Assembly: GCA_036172245.1 (NCBI GenBank)
Contig: JAYWIR010000031.1
Coordinates: forward strand, 1,922,001 to 1,986,000
Direction: 5' to 3'
DNA: 64,000 nt
From: Raillietiella orientalis
Lineage: Eukaryota
The stretch's first letter is position 1, and the number at the start of each line of letters is the position of its first letter. Of the stretch, positions 49,249 through 62,712 are shown piece after piece. Made by a program: the position numbers and the translations under genes. A model generated the notes under the pieces. The model had not been told where the DNA came from and did no database searches. It worked only from the letters and a program-made list of their open reading frames with translations.

Positions 49249-51566
49249 ATGCTGGTCGTCGGCAGCGTCGTGATCCGGGGGGCCGGTCTCCGCTCCAGGA
49301 CGCCGCCCACCGGCAGCATCCGGCGCATCCGCGGGGGCTGCGAGCGGGGAGGCTGCGCTGCAGGCCGAGCGGCGGCTCCGACGCGAATACGGAGCTTTAC
49401 CGGTGTGCCCCCATTCGAGCAACTGTCGAACTACTCATCACGTCTGCAGACTCCGCCTCCGAGCATGCTACTTCGCTTTTGTATTTAGGGTAATGATGTA
49501 TTAAGCCGCGTTAAGCGCTGTATCCGTATTAGGTTTAAGCGACGCTTGTGAATGTGAGGGTTTCGTCATTTGCTCCGCTGTTGTAAAGCCACGTGTTTCA
49601 TTTAAAGTATCTCATTTTCATCATTCCATGGAGCGACATAACAAAGGTATCGAGTTTTATGTTTCTTTGAAATATCTGCTTTGCATATCTGATTTCGTTC
49701 CGTTGATGTATGTGTGTTTTGCGAGGTGGAAGCCATCCGTACACTCTCCCGTCCGTCGTCGGACGTTCGTACTTGCTTGTTTGTGATCCTCCCCTCCTCC
49801 TCCTCCTCCTCCTCCTGTTTTCGTTTTTTCCCTTTTTTTTTTTACTAATCCCCCGTGAAGTGAAAATCGAAAATAATACATCCGTGCTGCCGGTCCGTTC
49901 CGTCTTGTTCGATTTATTCATCGTCCCCCGCGAATCCAAGGAGTCCTCCGCGCGGTGATGTGAAAATCCCGACGTTTGCTGCGAATTAACGGAGCGACCG
50001 AAGGAACTTCTCCCAGCCCTGCATTCTCATCCACATTAATATACATATCGATTTTTTTTTTTTTTTTTTTTCTTATTATTTCCCTTTTTCTTCCTCATGT
50101 GAACTGTTAGTGTGTGTCACGCATCTATCTTCTGTTGCATGCTCGAATTTCAACCGGCAGGAATTCCATTTCGAGAACACGTGAAGGTGTATTTTGGTAG
50201 TGTCGGAAATCGAATGTTCGGGGGAGCGACGTGCGCTCCGAACGGTGGAAACGAGGGAGATGCCCTTATTGAAGTTTTGTAGCATCTGTCGGGAATTTCA
50301 TTAATCATCGATTCTCCTGTTAACTGTAATTAAGGGGGCAATCTCGAGGTATTTCCACGTTTTTTCTCCCCCCCCCTCTCCCTCCCTCCCTCCCTCTCTC
50401 TCTCTCCCCCCCCTCCCTCCCGTGCCTTTTTCTTTTTTTTTTTTCCTCTTCTTCTTCCCCCCGCATTTCGAGAATTCAATAAATGGCAGCGTTGGGAGCA
50501 TCCGCGCCGATGTCGTAACAATGGAGGGAGGAAGGGGGGGGGAGGCCCCTCCGTTTCGCTCGAGATTGTTCGGGAATGCGCGCGCTCGTCTGCCCGCGGA
50601 GCTGACCCCAGGGTTGCCAGCTTTGTCTGCCCGCACACCCTTGCCACACGTTTGCGCGAAGACGCATCTCGTCCAGAGAGCACAGGCGTTGTGGCGAGAG
50701 AGAGGCAGGAGGAGAGGGGGGGAGGGGGCAATAAAAAAAATAAAATAAAAACAAAAACAAATAGGTGTATCCTTTTTTTTGCATTCCTCGGGAACGGTTT
50801 TCCAGAAATAGAAACCATGCTTCCCGAACCGCGGCCCAAAAGTCTTTTGCCGCTCCCGTCGCAAGAGCTTCCGCACGTTTCGTACTCTCGGCTGATAGTT
50901 TTTCGCGAGAGGGGTGGGGGAGTTTTTTTTTTTTTTTTTTTTTTTTCACGCGTTTCTTTCCACATGCAAGATGGTGGCGGTGGTGGTGGTGGTGGTGGGG
51001 ATTTCGTAGCCGTAAAGGAGCGGGTCCGGTTCGAAAGTAGGCGAATGAGTATCGCACCTTTGTCAACCCGAAGGGAAAGCGTCCTCCCGACCGAAGAAGA
51101 GGAAGGAGGAGAAGGTGAGAGCGAGAGTGTTCAGGTGATCCCAACATATTTTGATTGTCTGCATTCCGGGTGAGTGGGAACGGCTGCCCGTGTGCGCAGC
51201 CCCAACGGTGAAACAGCGTAAGGTTGGAGGGCGAAGGGCTGCTTTGTTCAATGACACCAAAGTCTGCTAACGAAGGAGTGTTATTGAAAAGCTTTAATCT
51301 AACCAAAGGTAGGCAAACAATGACAAGCAAACTAAGATTGATTAGACAAAGTTTCCTCCGAGGCGAGAATTGCTTTATGGCCTGTATTACGCGTAATCAC
51401 CAGAACTTGTTTTCTTTCAAATGAAGGACTAATGATAATCTCGACAGCAATCTGCGCGCCTGCGATTTCCTCTCGGTCTTCCTACTCTTTTCTCATCACC
51501 ATCCTGTTTTATCGAACGCACGTTCTTCTTTCTCTCCATGTTCCTGGACGAGCCACCAGTTAAAAA

Positions 51567-51611
<45 letters not shown>

Positions 51612-52524
51612 GAAGAAGAGAGAGAGAAAACAACCAACCCTCCTCGGCAACGGGGCATTGAATCCTCCTCCTCTTCCTCCTCTTCCCAGGTACTTCTGCA
51701 TTATGGCACCGGAACGGTGGTATTGTTTGTTCCCGTTTTGAGAGTCGACCATTCGGTCCTCATTTCGGTCCACGGACCCTATTTGTAGAACTCTCTGCGT
51801 TGTGGAGTAATGGACGATGCGAAAGCTCCGGTGGAAAACGAAAGAATCGACACCATTAGCAAACAATGGTCCAGGCTATCTCCGGAGGATTTCCATCCGC
51901 GGCGGGAGAGCAACAATCGCCCGTGATTTTAACATCCCTCCATCATTAACAGTTATCAGGAAATGCATCTTTCATTGGAGGGGGGGGGGCGCGGTTGCCC
52001 TTCGTCCGTCTTCTCCGCCGGTGTAACCTTCGTCGTAGAGTTCAGAAGATAAGTGTGTGCGGTGTGTGTGTGTGTGTTGTAGAGATCCTTCCATCCCGTG
52101 GAGCATCTCCACGAGTGTGCCTCCAAGCATACGTTGTTCTTTTATCCATACTTTCCGTGTGTGTGTGTGTGCATGTGTCCGGGAGGGAGGGGAGGGGGGA
52201 TACGTGTAGCTGGCTGATTAAAGCACGAGTCCCCCCCCCCCTCCTTGCAGAACATGCAGAAAAATAAAGCTCATCGTTTGTTTGTTTCCCGAAAAAGAGT
52301 GAAGTCTTCCATACTGTACTCTCCAGAGAATCCTACGTTAGGTTATATACGGCTGTATGGAAACCGTGAGTTTAGGTCGGTTACCGCTTCCGTCTTGAGG
52401 GAGGGAGGGGGGGTCAGGGGGACCGACAGATCCATTTGGCCGGTTGCGAGTCGGGATGAGAACACCTGGATAGTGTTGGGGAAGTGTTTCCTCTGCGCTG
52501 GTCCTGCCGCATCCACGTTGTTGG

Positions 52525-52615
52525 AAAAGAGCCGCGCTCCCCTGACTTCCTGTTCTGCCTAACGAGCGGGAATCGCTCCGTTCTCGGCAGAAGTCTCGTG
52601 ACCTCGCGGGTTGCA
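52525..52615 (+). repeat. Duplicated element Z, copy 2
   Basis: Direct repeat of 48466-48554. Confidence 0.9.
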
Positions 52616-55600
52616 GCAGGAGCAGCGCAGCGTGTCGCGGTACCTGACTTAATGATCCCATCGCAGATCCGATCCGTGTCCTCGTGGAACATGGCGGCGG
52701 CGATCCGTAACTCAAGTTTGCATGGATTGCAACAGTTAAAAAGTGTCCAGAGTTTTCGTTTGCGAAATGTTGCGTTTGTTCGCGTGCGACGCCTTGCGGC
52801 TGGGGGAGGGAGGGGAGGGAGGGAGGGAACAAGGAGAATCTTCGCCTGCTTGAACACGCACTCGTTCCCTGAGCGCTGGGCTCCCTGCCGACGGCCCAGG
52901 GACTCGCGTGGTGTTTCTCCTGAGCGGCTTCCTTCTTGCATGCACATCTCCGAGTGGATAAATAAATACATTGAAAAAAAAAAAAAAGTTGCATTTTCCC
53001 GTGGTCCTCGCCTCCCATCTATTGGCGCTGTTGCCTTTCTTGAAGCTTGTCCGGCGTCCCGAAAGCATTTCACACAACGCACCATCCGGACTCTAGGTGG
53101 CGCGGAGCGGCCTCTCCCCCTAGAAGCGGATTCTCTGGGTGGCTGCACGCGATGGTGGTGGCCGAACGCGCCAACGTGGCCCGCTGCGACGACGCGAGGC
53201 GGTCCTTGAGGCTGTTTGTGGTTCGCGCGGAGAGCTGAAATGCTCGAAGAGAGGCAGCGGGCAGACGCAGACTGCGTGCGCGACAGGGAGCTGTGCGATC
53301 GCCACGCCGCTCCGTGAACGCCGGCTGGAAGCTCGGCAGTATACTCCCCACGTCTCTTCCCTCCCCCTGTCGAGTGGGAGGAGGAGGAGGAGGAGGGTTC
53401 CCTTTGACGGAGGAAGGCAGCTTCGCCGTCGACCATCCCGAGGAAGTCAGGAAGGCGGGAACCCGACCGCCGCTTGCGTCCTGGTGCGGCCGTCTGCCGC
53501 CGCTCGCCGTGGAGCACAGGGCAGCTGCCGCTCGGGTCGGTCAGACTGCTCCTGCGCGATGGCTGTGGCGCCGCGTCGAGCTCTGTCCCCGCACGGCCTC
53601 GCTCGAGTATCCTGCACGAAGAAGGGTACCTGAGCGTCCTGCGCCCTTGGAATCGGTGAGGCGACGGGTTCGCTTTCTGTCTCCGGCGGGACTCGGTGAG
53701 TGGCGCGGGGAAAGGGCGCAGCTTGGCGTGGGAGGCCTCGGCTGCCTTGCGCGGCAGTCAGCGGCGTTCGGTCGTGCAGGCGCGAACAAAAGAAGACGTG
53801 GCCCTGGCGAGCAGGTCGATTGCGCGCCCGGGCGTGCTGGAGTCAGCGTAGGAAGGGGGGGGGGGGGGGGAGCGCGCCGCAAGTTCTGGGAGCAAACGTC
53901 TGGCGAGAACCGCGCGTAACTTCCAGGCCCTGCGCGGAGGCAGCCCGCACGGAGGGCGTGGATTCCCTGCGGGCTGCGAAAAGAGCGAAGCTGACCTGCG
54001 ACCACCTTCGGCCGCGTTCGCCGGGACGGGAGAGGTGCCTACTGACGTCCCAGGCAGGCGAGGAAGTACCCGTCTGTCCTCCGCGAGTCCCGCGAGGCTC
54101 CTGCCGCGCGCGATCCGCCGTGGCGGTTGCGCGCGCCTGCAGCGGTGTTCCTTGCGCAGGCGAAGCAGGCGACCTGCCTCGCCTGGTCTGTTTTCTCCGT
54201 TTCGGGATGAGGGGGTGGCAACGGCGGCACGCACGCCGGCATCGCAACACCGGAGGGTGTGTGGATGGAAGGTCGCGTGTCTTCGAGGGAACGCTCGCGC
54301 GCGCAGCTCTGTGCTCCTCGCGTGCGTGGGAAAACGTCGCAGTTCGCCGGTATGCCGCCGGGAGGCGCCGTTTCCGTTTCGGTGCTCCGAGAGCGGTCTC
54401 GACCCTTCCGCCTCCGAGCCCCGCGCGGTCGCTTCTCTTTCACTCGTTTCCAGGTGTGTGATGCATGCGTCCGTGATGCCCACCAAGTGTGCCTCAAATC
54501 GCAGTGCTCGTTTTCAAACGGGCGGTCTCAGCTCGTTCCCGATCCTTCTTTTTCTCCCCCCCCCTCCCCCTCCCCTCCTTTTCTTCCACTTTCCCCTTCC
54601 CCTCCTCCCGGAAATTTCACGCCGTCCGGCTGGCTTCACCTCGGATGACCTGTGTGCCACAAAAGCGGCTCGCCCGTCTCCTGAACGTCTGAAATCACCG
54701 CCGGGTGGAGCCCGCCAGCACCGCGCCTTTTATTTTTTCTTTTTTTTTGTTTGCCCGCCCAGTTTTGCCCGCGGGCGTTGCTTCGGCTTGTTTGTGTCCG
54801 CGGTCTCTCTTTCTCCCGTTCCCGAAGGTCTTCCGCGACTCCCTGGTGTCTTCGCCGGCCTCTACTTTTTGTCGTCTTCTCGGTTGGCTCCTGGAGGACG
54901 GACTCTGCCTGCTTCTCCGTTGCCCGCCTTCGTCCGCTCTCCGGCACCCCCCATCCGTTGCCTTGGTTTCGTTCCCTTTTCCCGCGCGCGCTCAAGGGAC
55001 GACGTTTCCTCCCAGCGTCCTCTCGCGGAGAACGCTCTCTCCGCTGTCCCGTTAGTAGCGCTTCGAAACTGCCGCCCTATCTGCTGCAGCCATCCACCCT
55101 TTCGCGGAGCGTCGGTGGCGACCGTGCGTGCGTGCCTTCGCACTGTTCCCTACCCCAGTCCCCTCGACCGCTCGCTGCCGTGGGGAGAACATCTCGAGGC
55201 GTTTCCCGTTCTCGTCCTCTTTGCCTCTCCCCCCGTCCATGGAGCAAAGTTTGGCCATCTTCGGCGAGACACAAAAACAGAGGTCGCGAAAGGCAAAGCG
55301 CGAAGACCGTTGTTGAAAAAAAAAAAAAAAAAAAACGAGATGCAGGAGACCGGAAGCTGCTCAGCAACAGTGTGTGTGTTGCTTCGGTCTCCCGCCTTCT
55401 CCCTCCTCGTTCCCGTGTGCATCCCGCCCGCTTCCTCTCGCGCGTGCGCATGCGCACACACCTGCGCGCCGCGGAAACGCGGGGGTTCTCGCCACCCCAC
55501 CTCCCGTGGGTCCGCGGACACGCGGGACATCGGTGCGTTTCTTGTCGTTTTGCCTCGAAACACGAATCGACGGGACGTCTCGCAGGAAGGGAACGAATCG

Positions 55601-58600
55601 TCGGCCATTGTTGATTCTCCCCCCCCCCCTGCCTATCGCTCCGCGCCGCCGCCAGGCATCCAATCAGATTCCCGTCCAGCGGGAAAAAAGCGCCTGCGCG
55701 CAACGCGGTGTGGCTTGCACGGGGTAACTTCTTCCATCCTTGCGGATTTTCTGTCAGCATCATCGTGCACTTTTCATTTCTCTCTGGTTCTTTCGCCTCC
55801 TGCCCGCGGACTGCGCGGGGTACAGCGAGTTGCTGCTTGCCGCCGTGATGATGCTGTACCAGGCGAGTGCGGAGAAGAACTCCGCATTCCTCAGAGGTCG
55901 AAGATGGTCGGAGCCTCTGCGTTGGCAACAGACCCTGCTCTTGGTGGCGAACGCACGGCAGTGAATTCGTCCCCCCCCCCTCCCCCTCCTTTTTTCCTTT
56001 TCCTTTTTTTTTTTGTCTTTTCCCAGCAGTTCACATGCGCAGTCCGCGAAGCGGCGGCCGAAAGGATGGGGGACCGTGTTCCAGCTCGGTCGTGTATGCG
56101 GGTATGACCGCGCGCTTCTCCCGAGGGGGAGTACGCTCCTTTCCCCTTTCCCCCAAGTGTGTGTGTGTTGATTTACGGCCGCCGCTGCACACTAGTATTG
56201 GCTTTCCTGCTGGTTGTCGGCACCGACCTGCGACGGGGCGCCATCGAATCAGCAGTGGCACCACGTGGTGTGCTCCACGCTGTCACACCTCAGCACGTGT
56301 GGCCGGTCGCTTTTGTTCCTCGAAACCCAACGTGCGGACCTCTCCTCTCCTCTCAGCGTCCAGGGCACTTCAGAAGATCCCGTTCGCCATCGCCAGCGCG
56401 TTGCTCTTGGCGGGAGCGCCTCCGCCACCTCGCCTTCCCCGGAAGCTAACGGAACGGGGGGACTCTTACGGCTGCTTGCCGATGGTGGTTCGCGCGAAAG
56501 CGAAGGCAGCGCGGTTGGGGGAATAATTTCCGCCCCACAAGGCCACACTGCACTTTCGAAAGCTGCGGGTCGATTGACCCGTCGCCGCCTAGAAGCATCT
56601 GCAGCGCCCACCACTGCCGCCCAGAGCTAGGGTGCGCACGGCGGCATTCCGGCGCAACTCTTCCCGCGGATGAGGGTACGGAAAGCCGTGGCGTGTTCCC
56701 GGGTAATCTTCCGTTCTCGATGGTTCTTTTCCTTCTCAGGCAAAGGAGTCGCTCCCCCGTGGGAGGGCCCTCCCTCTAGGGGGGCGGGTCAACTCGGCCC
56801 GGTCCAAACCGACCGAAGGGTGCCTCTCCGGCGAATCCCGGTGACCGTGAACCAGTCTCCCGAGACGTCCAGTCGAAAGGGAACCCGAAAGCAAGCTCTG
56901 CGCAGCACTCCCGGAACCCGGACGGTTTCCCGGAGGGGAAAAACGCTGCGTGCTCGAAAAATCTGCGCGTGGTCACTTCGTTTTCCCACGGGTTTCGTTC
57001 GTCAGGGAACGCGCGCGCCACCTCCCGATCCGCTCCTCCAGAAACCTCGGCGTCAGCCGCGTAGCAACATTCTTGAGCTTTCTTTGTTAATGATTCGCTT
57101 TCGAGATCATCACACGGGAACGTTTTGGCGCCGCGTTCAAGGTCAGCGATTCGGATGCAGCGAATCTTTTTCGGATTATTTTCCGATTGCAGCCGGCGTG
57201 CCTGCTAATTTGGGGGGGGGGGGAAGGGGGGAGGAAGTCCTGGTGGCAGCGTTGCAGGATGCAATTTCGCAGTAAGTAATCTTTACGAGAACGTGAATGG
57301 GGAGAATGTTGTATCAGAACTCGGGAACTTCTTGCAAGTGGTTTATAACGTTCCCGTCGAGATGGTCTCAGTACGAACAACGCAGTAAAATAATTATCTA
57401 CGCCCGGGAAGCCCACCCATAAAAGTGTAGCTCCCAAAGCGTTCATAAACACGTGTACAGCTTTCTTCGCAAACTCTCGACAGAATTGTACTGGTGCTTA
57501 TGATTCGGGAAGCTTTTCTGTGCACCGGCTTCTTCTTCTTCTTCTTCTTCTTGCTCCTAGTGTTCGTGTGGATTGCCGGTGCGTGTACGTCTGGTGAGGT
57601 CTTCAACGAACCCATGGACGTTCTGTGTGTGTGTGTGTGTGTGTCTGATTAGTGAGGTTGTCATGCAACCGTCTCGTAATCGGATTCGGGCTGTAATTTA
57701 AAAAATACATAAAAAGTGATCTTTGGAGATATTCATTTATCAGTGTCATTGTTTTCGAATAGGAATTTTTAATGTGGGATTTATATTTCTTTTTTTTTGA
57801 AAAAAAAAATAAAAATTCCCGAGACGCAACACGCTTCACGCGCGCCGCTGTAAGCTCTATGAATGCAGTACACGTCAGAATTCATCATGGAAGGCTTGAA
57901 ATAGAGGCAGCTTCTGCGGACCAAGGGCAACTCCAAATACTTTCAGCAAATGAAGGGCTACGTACGGACAGACAGGCAGACATTAAAACTCTCAAGGGTT
58001 GAAACTCTGCGTCCTGCTGCTCCTGCTGCTGCTCATACTGCTGCAGTCTTTTTAAACAAAATTGCAAGAAGATTAGGATGATTTAGAGCTGCGCTGTGAT
58101 CCTCAGCCATTTCGCTCTTCCTGGCGGTGCTCACCTTTCTCGCTGCCGGAAATTTATTGGTTCCCTAACTCGTTGGAATCTTTCGCAAAGACGAGTCTGG
58201 GTGTGTTGCTCTTTGTAGTCCGCAGCGCATGTCGTCTGGCTGGGGTGAGAGGCTACACGGTAGATGACCGCAGATTTGAGATCGTGGCTGCAGATCCCCG
58301 AGTTGGGATGCTTCCCCCTCCCCCCCCCCCTCTCTCCCTTCCTTTCCCCCCTCTTTTTTCACACAGATTCTTCTTCCATACCCTAATTTCAGCAGAAAAT
58401 CGAAAGATATCCAATATCAGAATTTCCATTAACGTCAGTTTCTTCTCCCATTTTTCAACCCGAGAATCAAAGAAAGTGTTCGTGCATCTCTCTCTTCCGT
58501 GAAAAAGAATTCAAATTCTGGTGCCATCTCCGCTGAATTTTCTCGTCATTCCAATGGGGCTTAACGCTCTCATCACAGTTTGTTCGCCTTCAGAACACCT

Positions 58601-59343
58601 ATCGAGCGACGTGTGTTCCCCGAGCATACGTCAGATCGCACTCAATATGTAAGTCGGAAAGACAGCACTTGCGGAGCCGGTCGAGTTTCCATGGAGCGAG
58701 AACGGAATAAATCTTCCGAAGACTAATCAGCCGTTTGTTCCACGTTGACAAAAGACAAGAGATAACTGTTGTTGGAAATGTGCAGCCGTGATTCTTCCCG
58801 ACTGTTTTTCCGAGGAGGATGGGGTGGACCCCGCCGTATCACCGCAACGTGCAATCAGCAGAGCGTCGACGGATCGACTTTTGCAAAAGAGTCCAAAAGC
58901 CTAGCGTGAATCGGCGGGGAATAAGAGGAGGAGAAGAAGAATCGCTGATATATCCCGTTCGTTTCTAATTGGAATTACTGTTAGAGTCACAGCCGGTAAT
59001 AAAAAAAAAAAAAAAAAAAAAAAAAACGGAACGTGTTGGTGTCGAATTTCGTCTCGAGATGCACACATTCTTGAGGTTTCGGTTTTTCTCCCGTGCAGGT
59101 TTCGTCCACACACAGCCAATCGCCACGGCGCTGCAACCGGAATCTCTGAGACTTTGAGACGATCCGTTGCCCATCCCTCCGTTCGCCGTGCATCCAGCAT
59201 CCAGCTAGGACCAGTCTCACGAGAACACTCCTCCTCACTACCAAAGAGCACGTACCACCACCGTGCACAAGAATAAGAGCTCCTCTTTTTTTTTTTTTTA
59301 CTTTTCCCCATCCGTCCACTTTTTTGCTTTGTCTTTTCGATTT

Positions 59344-59379
<36 letters not shown>

Positions 59380-60799
59380 TCGTTCTTAGTGAAAGCGCAG
59401 TTGAGCGTGCGAACTCGACTGCGGCAGCATGTCTGTGTGGTAGAAGCGAAGAAATTTTACCATGTGTTTATTTTCTAGCGCGTAAGCGATGTAGGTGCGT
59501 CACCACCGCCGTGTTGCAGTTCTGTTCTGTTCCATATGTGCAGTGGCATAGAGAGCCGATCCCAAGACAGGCGTGCAGGAGTAGCTAACTAGGATGTTCG
59601 AAGCAGCTTGCGAAAAAGAATAGCAGCTGCGCTAGGCCGCCTTCCTCCCGCACGTCAATTTTTTACCATTGCAATTAGCAGGTATCTTTAATTTCGAAAA
59701 AGGAGCGTTTCTTCGACGAGGCCGCTTTTTTCGATGGGGATCTTCATCAAGAGCATGACGCTCCCGTGCGCAAGGGGGTGGTGGGAACGCGTGCGAAATT
59801 TCCTCGGGCGCTCCTTTAGGGAGATGCGATTTGCCTCCGCCGAGGAAGAATTTCATCACTTCGCAGAGCGCGCGTATTCGTGTGTGTTCCGATGCTTTCA
59901 AAGTAGTTTTGTGTGTAAGACATCCAAGGTGTAGTAATGACTTTGAAATAAATGGATCTGTTACGTGGAACGAGGTTCCGGTTTCGGTCCGCTCCAGAGA
60001 GGCTGCAGCTGCACTTTTGCATCCTGTAATGGCGACGGGGCTCACTTGCTTCCATTTCTTTTCTATTGAATTTTGAATTTTTGCGTTTTATTAGGTTCTG
60101 TTCTAATAAGTACGTGCCCTGTCGTTTCGATAATTGGGCAACGTTTCATAGGGCAACGCAATCACGTAATGTAATCTTCGAGCACAGTTAAAATAAATAT
60201 TGGTATCTAGCTGTTCGTATCGTACGTTAGTGCTCCCGTTGCTGGCGTGTTGGACGTTCTGTACGAACATCCTTCCTTTTTTTTGGTGTTATCGCACGTG
60301 TAAGTACGACGTGTTCGGCGCAGAGCAGGGTTCCAGAATGATCCACAGGCCGATTCTGTTTCGAATGCTGCGCGGTCCCAAGCAAGATCTGTGTGTAAAT
60401 ATTCGAAGACCTTGGCTTTCTGTCGCAGCGTCCATTTACGCGGATAAGTTTATGATGTGCTCATCGCCATTTACGTGAGTCGAATCATTTGCAGAGGAAG
60501 AAAGAAAGAAAAGGAAACATTGGCTTTTGGCAATAGTTTAGCGAGGAATTTTCTTGGGTTTTTGCCGTATCCATCTCGGGCATCCTCATCAGTACTTGTT
60601 GGAACGATGCGTTGTGGGAGTGTTGCCTGGAGACCGCTTGCTGTCTCCCTGATAGTTTGCAGATTTCACCTTGCGCGAATATCTTGAGTCTTGCAGTTCG
60701 CCGGTATAAATAGAACATTTTGCGGTGCAGCTATCGCACCCAGAAAACTTCTCGTCATGTATTCATTGAGTAGCGAGTAATTTGAAATCCATCAGCTTA

Positions 60800-61489
60800 T
60801 CATCCTCGCGTATGGTACTTGGGGTTGCCTCTTTTCATGTTGTCACTTTATGGCGATAATCAGAGCTGTCAGGAGGGCACCAGTTGTCCAGGTGCGCGTT
60901 GGACCAAAACGAATAATTGCCAGCCGAATATAACTGTAGTGGGGGGTGAGAAAGTAAATCAGTGAACGGATGAGCCGGCAAGGGGAACCGGAAGTCATCT
61001 GCATAAATTGGAGAGAGTCTTTCCTTGAAAATGAAACGCGAGGCTGTCATCTGATTTACGCGGTTCAGGGCGGTAAAAACCCTCCCCTACGAGCATCAGA
61101 AGATCGAGTCGCGTTCCCGCCGGTTTCAAGATGCGTTGCCAAGCCAGCGTGGTTTGTTACATGGTTGTTAGACTGCGCCCTGGAACTTCGAATCCTCAGA
61201 TTGAGAAGCCACCGAAAACCCGCATCACGGTCGTTGGTGGGAGCAAAATCAAATAAAAATAAAAATCAGATTCTTGAAGATGAAAACAGCATGGGATAGT
61301 TTTTGCCAAGGTGCTTGCAACCCTTGGAGGTTCCTGGAAAACGATGCTCAAAGCTGTCTTATACTGAGGTACCAGCATGCAGGCAGTGTCAGGCAGCTCA
61401 CATAAAAGTTTGTGGATAATGTAATATGTGGAGTAACACGCGCGCTAGATTTGCGTGCAACCGAGAAACGAAAAAGCGGGAATCCATAA

Positions 61490-61521
<32 letters not shown>

Positions 61522-62340
61522 AATGATCCCGGTGTACTTTTTTTTTTTTTTTTTTTTTTGCCTGCAACGCTCGAAAACGAATAATCAGAATTGCACTTGA
61601 AACTCTTGGGTTTCCTTTTGGGTGATTTTTCTGTAGTCGCTATTTTGGTACCGTGGTACCTTGTCAGTCTACCTGAGCGAAATGTGAACGTGGAGACTTT
61701 TTCTTCTGCTGCTCCTTCCTTCGTGCTATTTCAGTGTGAATACGTAGTTAAATTGTTTTCCTTACAGCGAAAAAAATCGAGCTTTTCGGCGCTGAATTTC
61801 CTTCGTAGTATCTTTTCGCCGTGGGCAAAAACTCTCGAAAGCAGCAACTGCTGCTGTGACTTGTGAAAGCACACACAGCACGGCTGCACACGGAAAGTCG
61901 ATCCTCGATTGTCCCCCTTTTTTTTTTTTTTTTTTTTTTATCGTACCAAGGACCAAAAATCGAAACAGATGTTCGTTCCTCCGTTGTTAGTGAGAGGCCA
62001 TGCCCCCCCCCCCGTGTCGTTGGGATTTCCCCATGTGCTGGGTATCTGTAGAATCTGTAGAAGCCATCATTCCAGGAAGGCGGAATGTTTTTCTGACCAC
62101 CCCGTCTTACTGGAACGAAAGCATATAAAGAAGAGCCGTTGAAGTCGCCTGCCGCCTTGTGAATGTTGGAAGCATCCTTAGGACAACGCTTCCTGAAACA
62201 CGGCCTGCAGTTGGATGGCTCTCGCGAAGTGATCGGGTGCTGAGCAGTTGCAGCTGAGCTTCTCTCGTGATCTGGATGCTTCAGCGTAGCAGTTCTCCTA
62301 GATGCTTACGTGTGCCTAACGGTTAACGGCGCCAGCAAAG
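60800..62340 (-). mobile_element. Decayed, internally deleted APE-type LINE (Rex1/Babar- or CR1-like) just upstream of the LMO4-like exon
   Basis: APE motifs AGDFN (62149-62138) and HMGKS (like HxGxSDH, ~62050). RT motifs: frameshifted GTPQGC-like (~61330), IYADD (61005-60994), LDNWC. Confidence 0.6.
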
Positions 62341-62712
62341 CCATTCAGTTTCATCTCTTGCCGAACTGATTTAGTGACTCAAATTAGTGATCATGCGTGT
62401 AATAAATCTGAGCTGTCCGTGTTCCGAAGGATGTGTCCGCACTCTAGAGCACGTGTTTTTTTTTTTTTTTTTTTTCTTTGTTTTTGTTTTCGTGGCTTCG
62501 GATTGTGAAAGAACGGCACGCAACGTTCCGCTTCGCATCTCCACGTCTCGTTGTGCGATCAGTAGTACCCACGTAACTTCTTGTGCTTTCGAGGTTCCCA
62601 ACGGCTTCCTCGATTCCGAGACTTCGGGCGTAGGTGGGAAGTAAAGAGATATGTTTCTTAAATGGTGTATCACACAGTTGTGAATTAAAAACTCTTTTCC
62701 TTCTTTTTCCAG

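Noticed and set aside
54035..56107. 690-aa ORF, the longest in the track
   Set aside because: Arg/Pro/Ala/Ser-rich, runs through poly-A/T/C homopolymers, has no recognisable domain and has overlapping ORFs in other frames. Typical stop-codon depletion in GC-rich DNA.
58570..58830. Possible PIF/Harbinger transposase trace on the minus strand (RSIGVLK)
   Set aside because: A single short motif with very weak supporting context.
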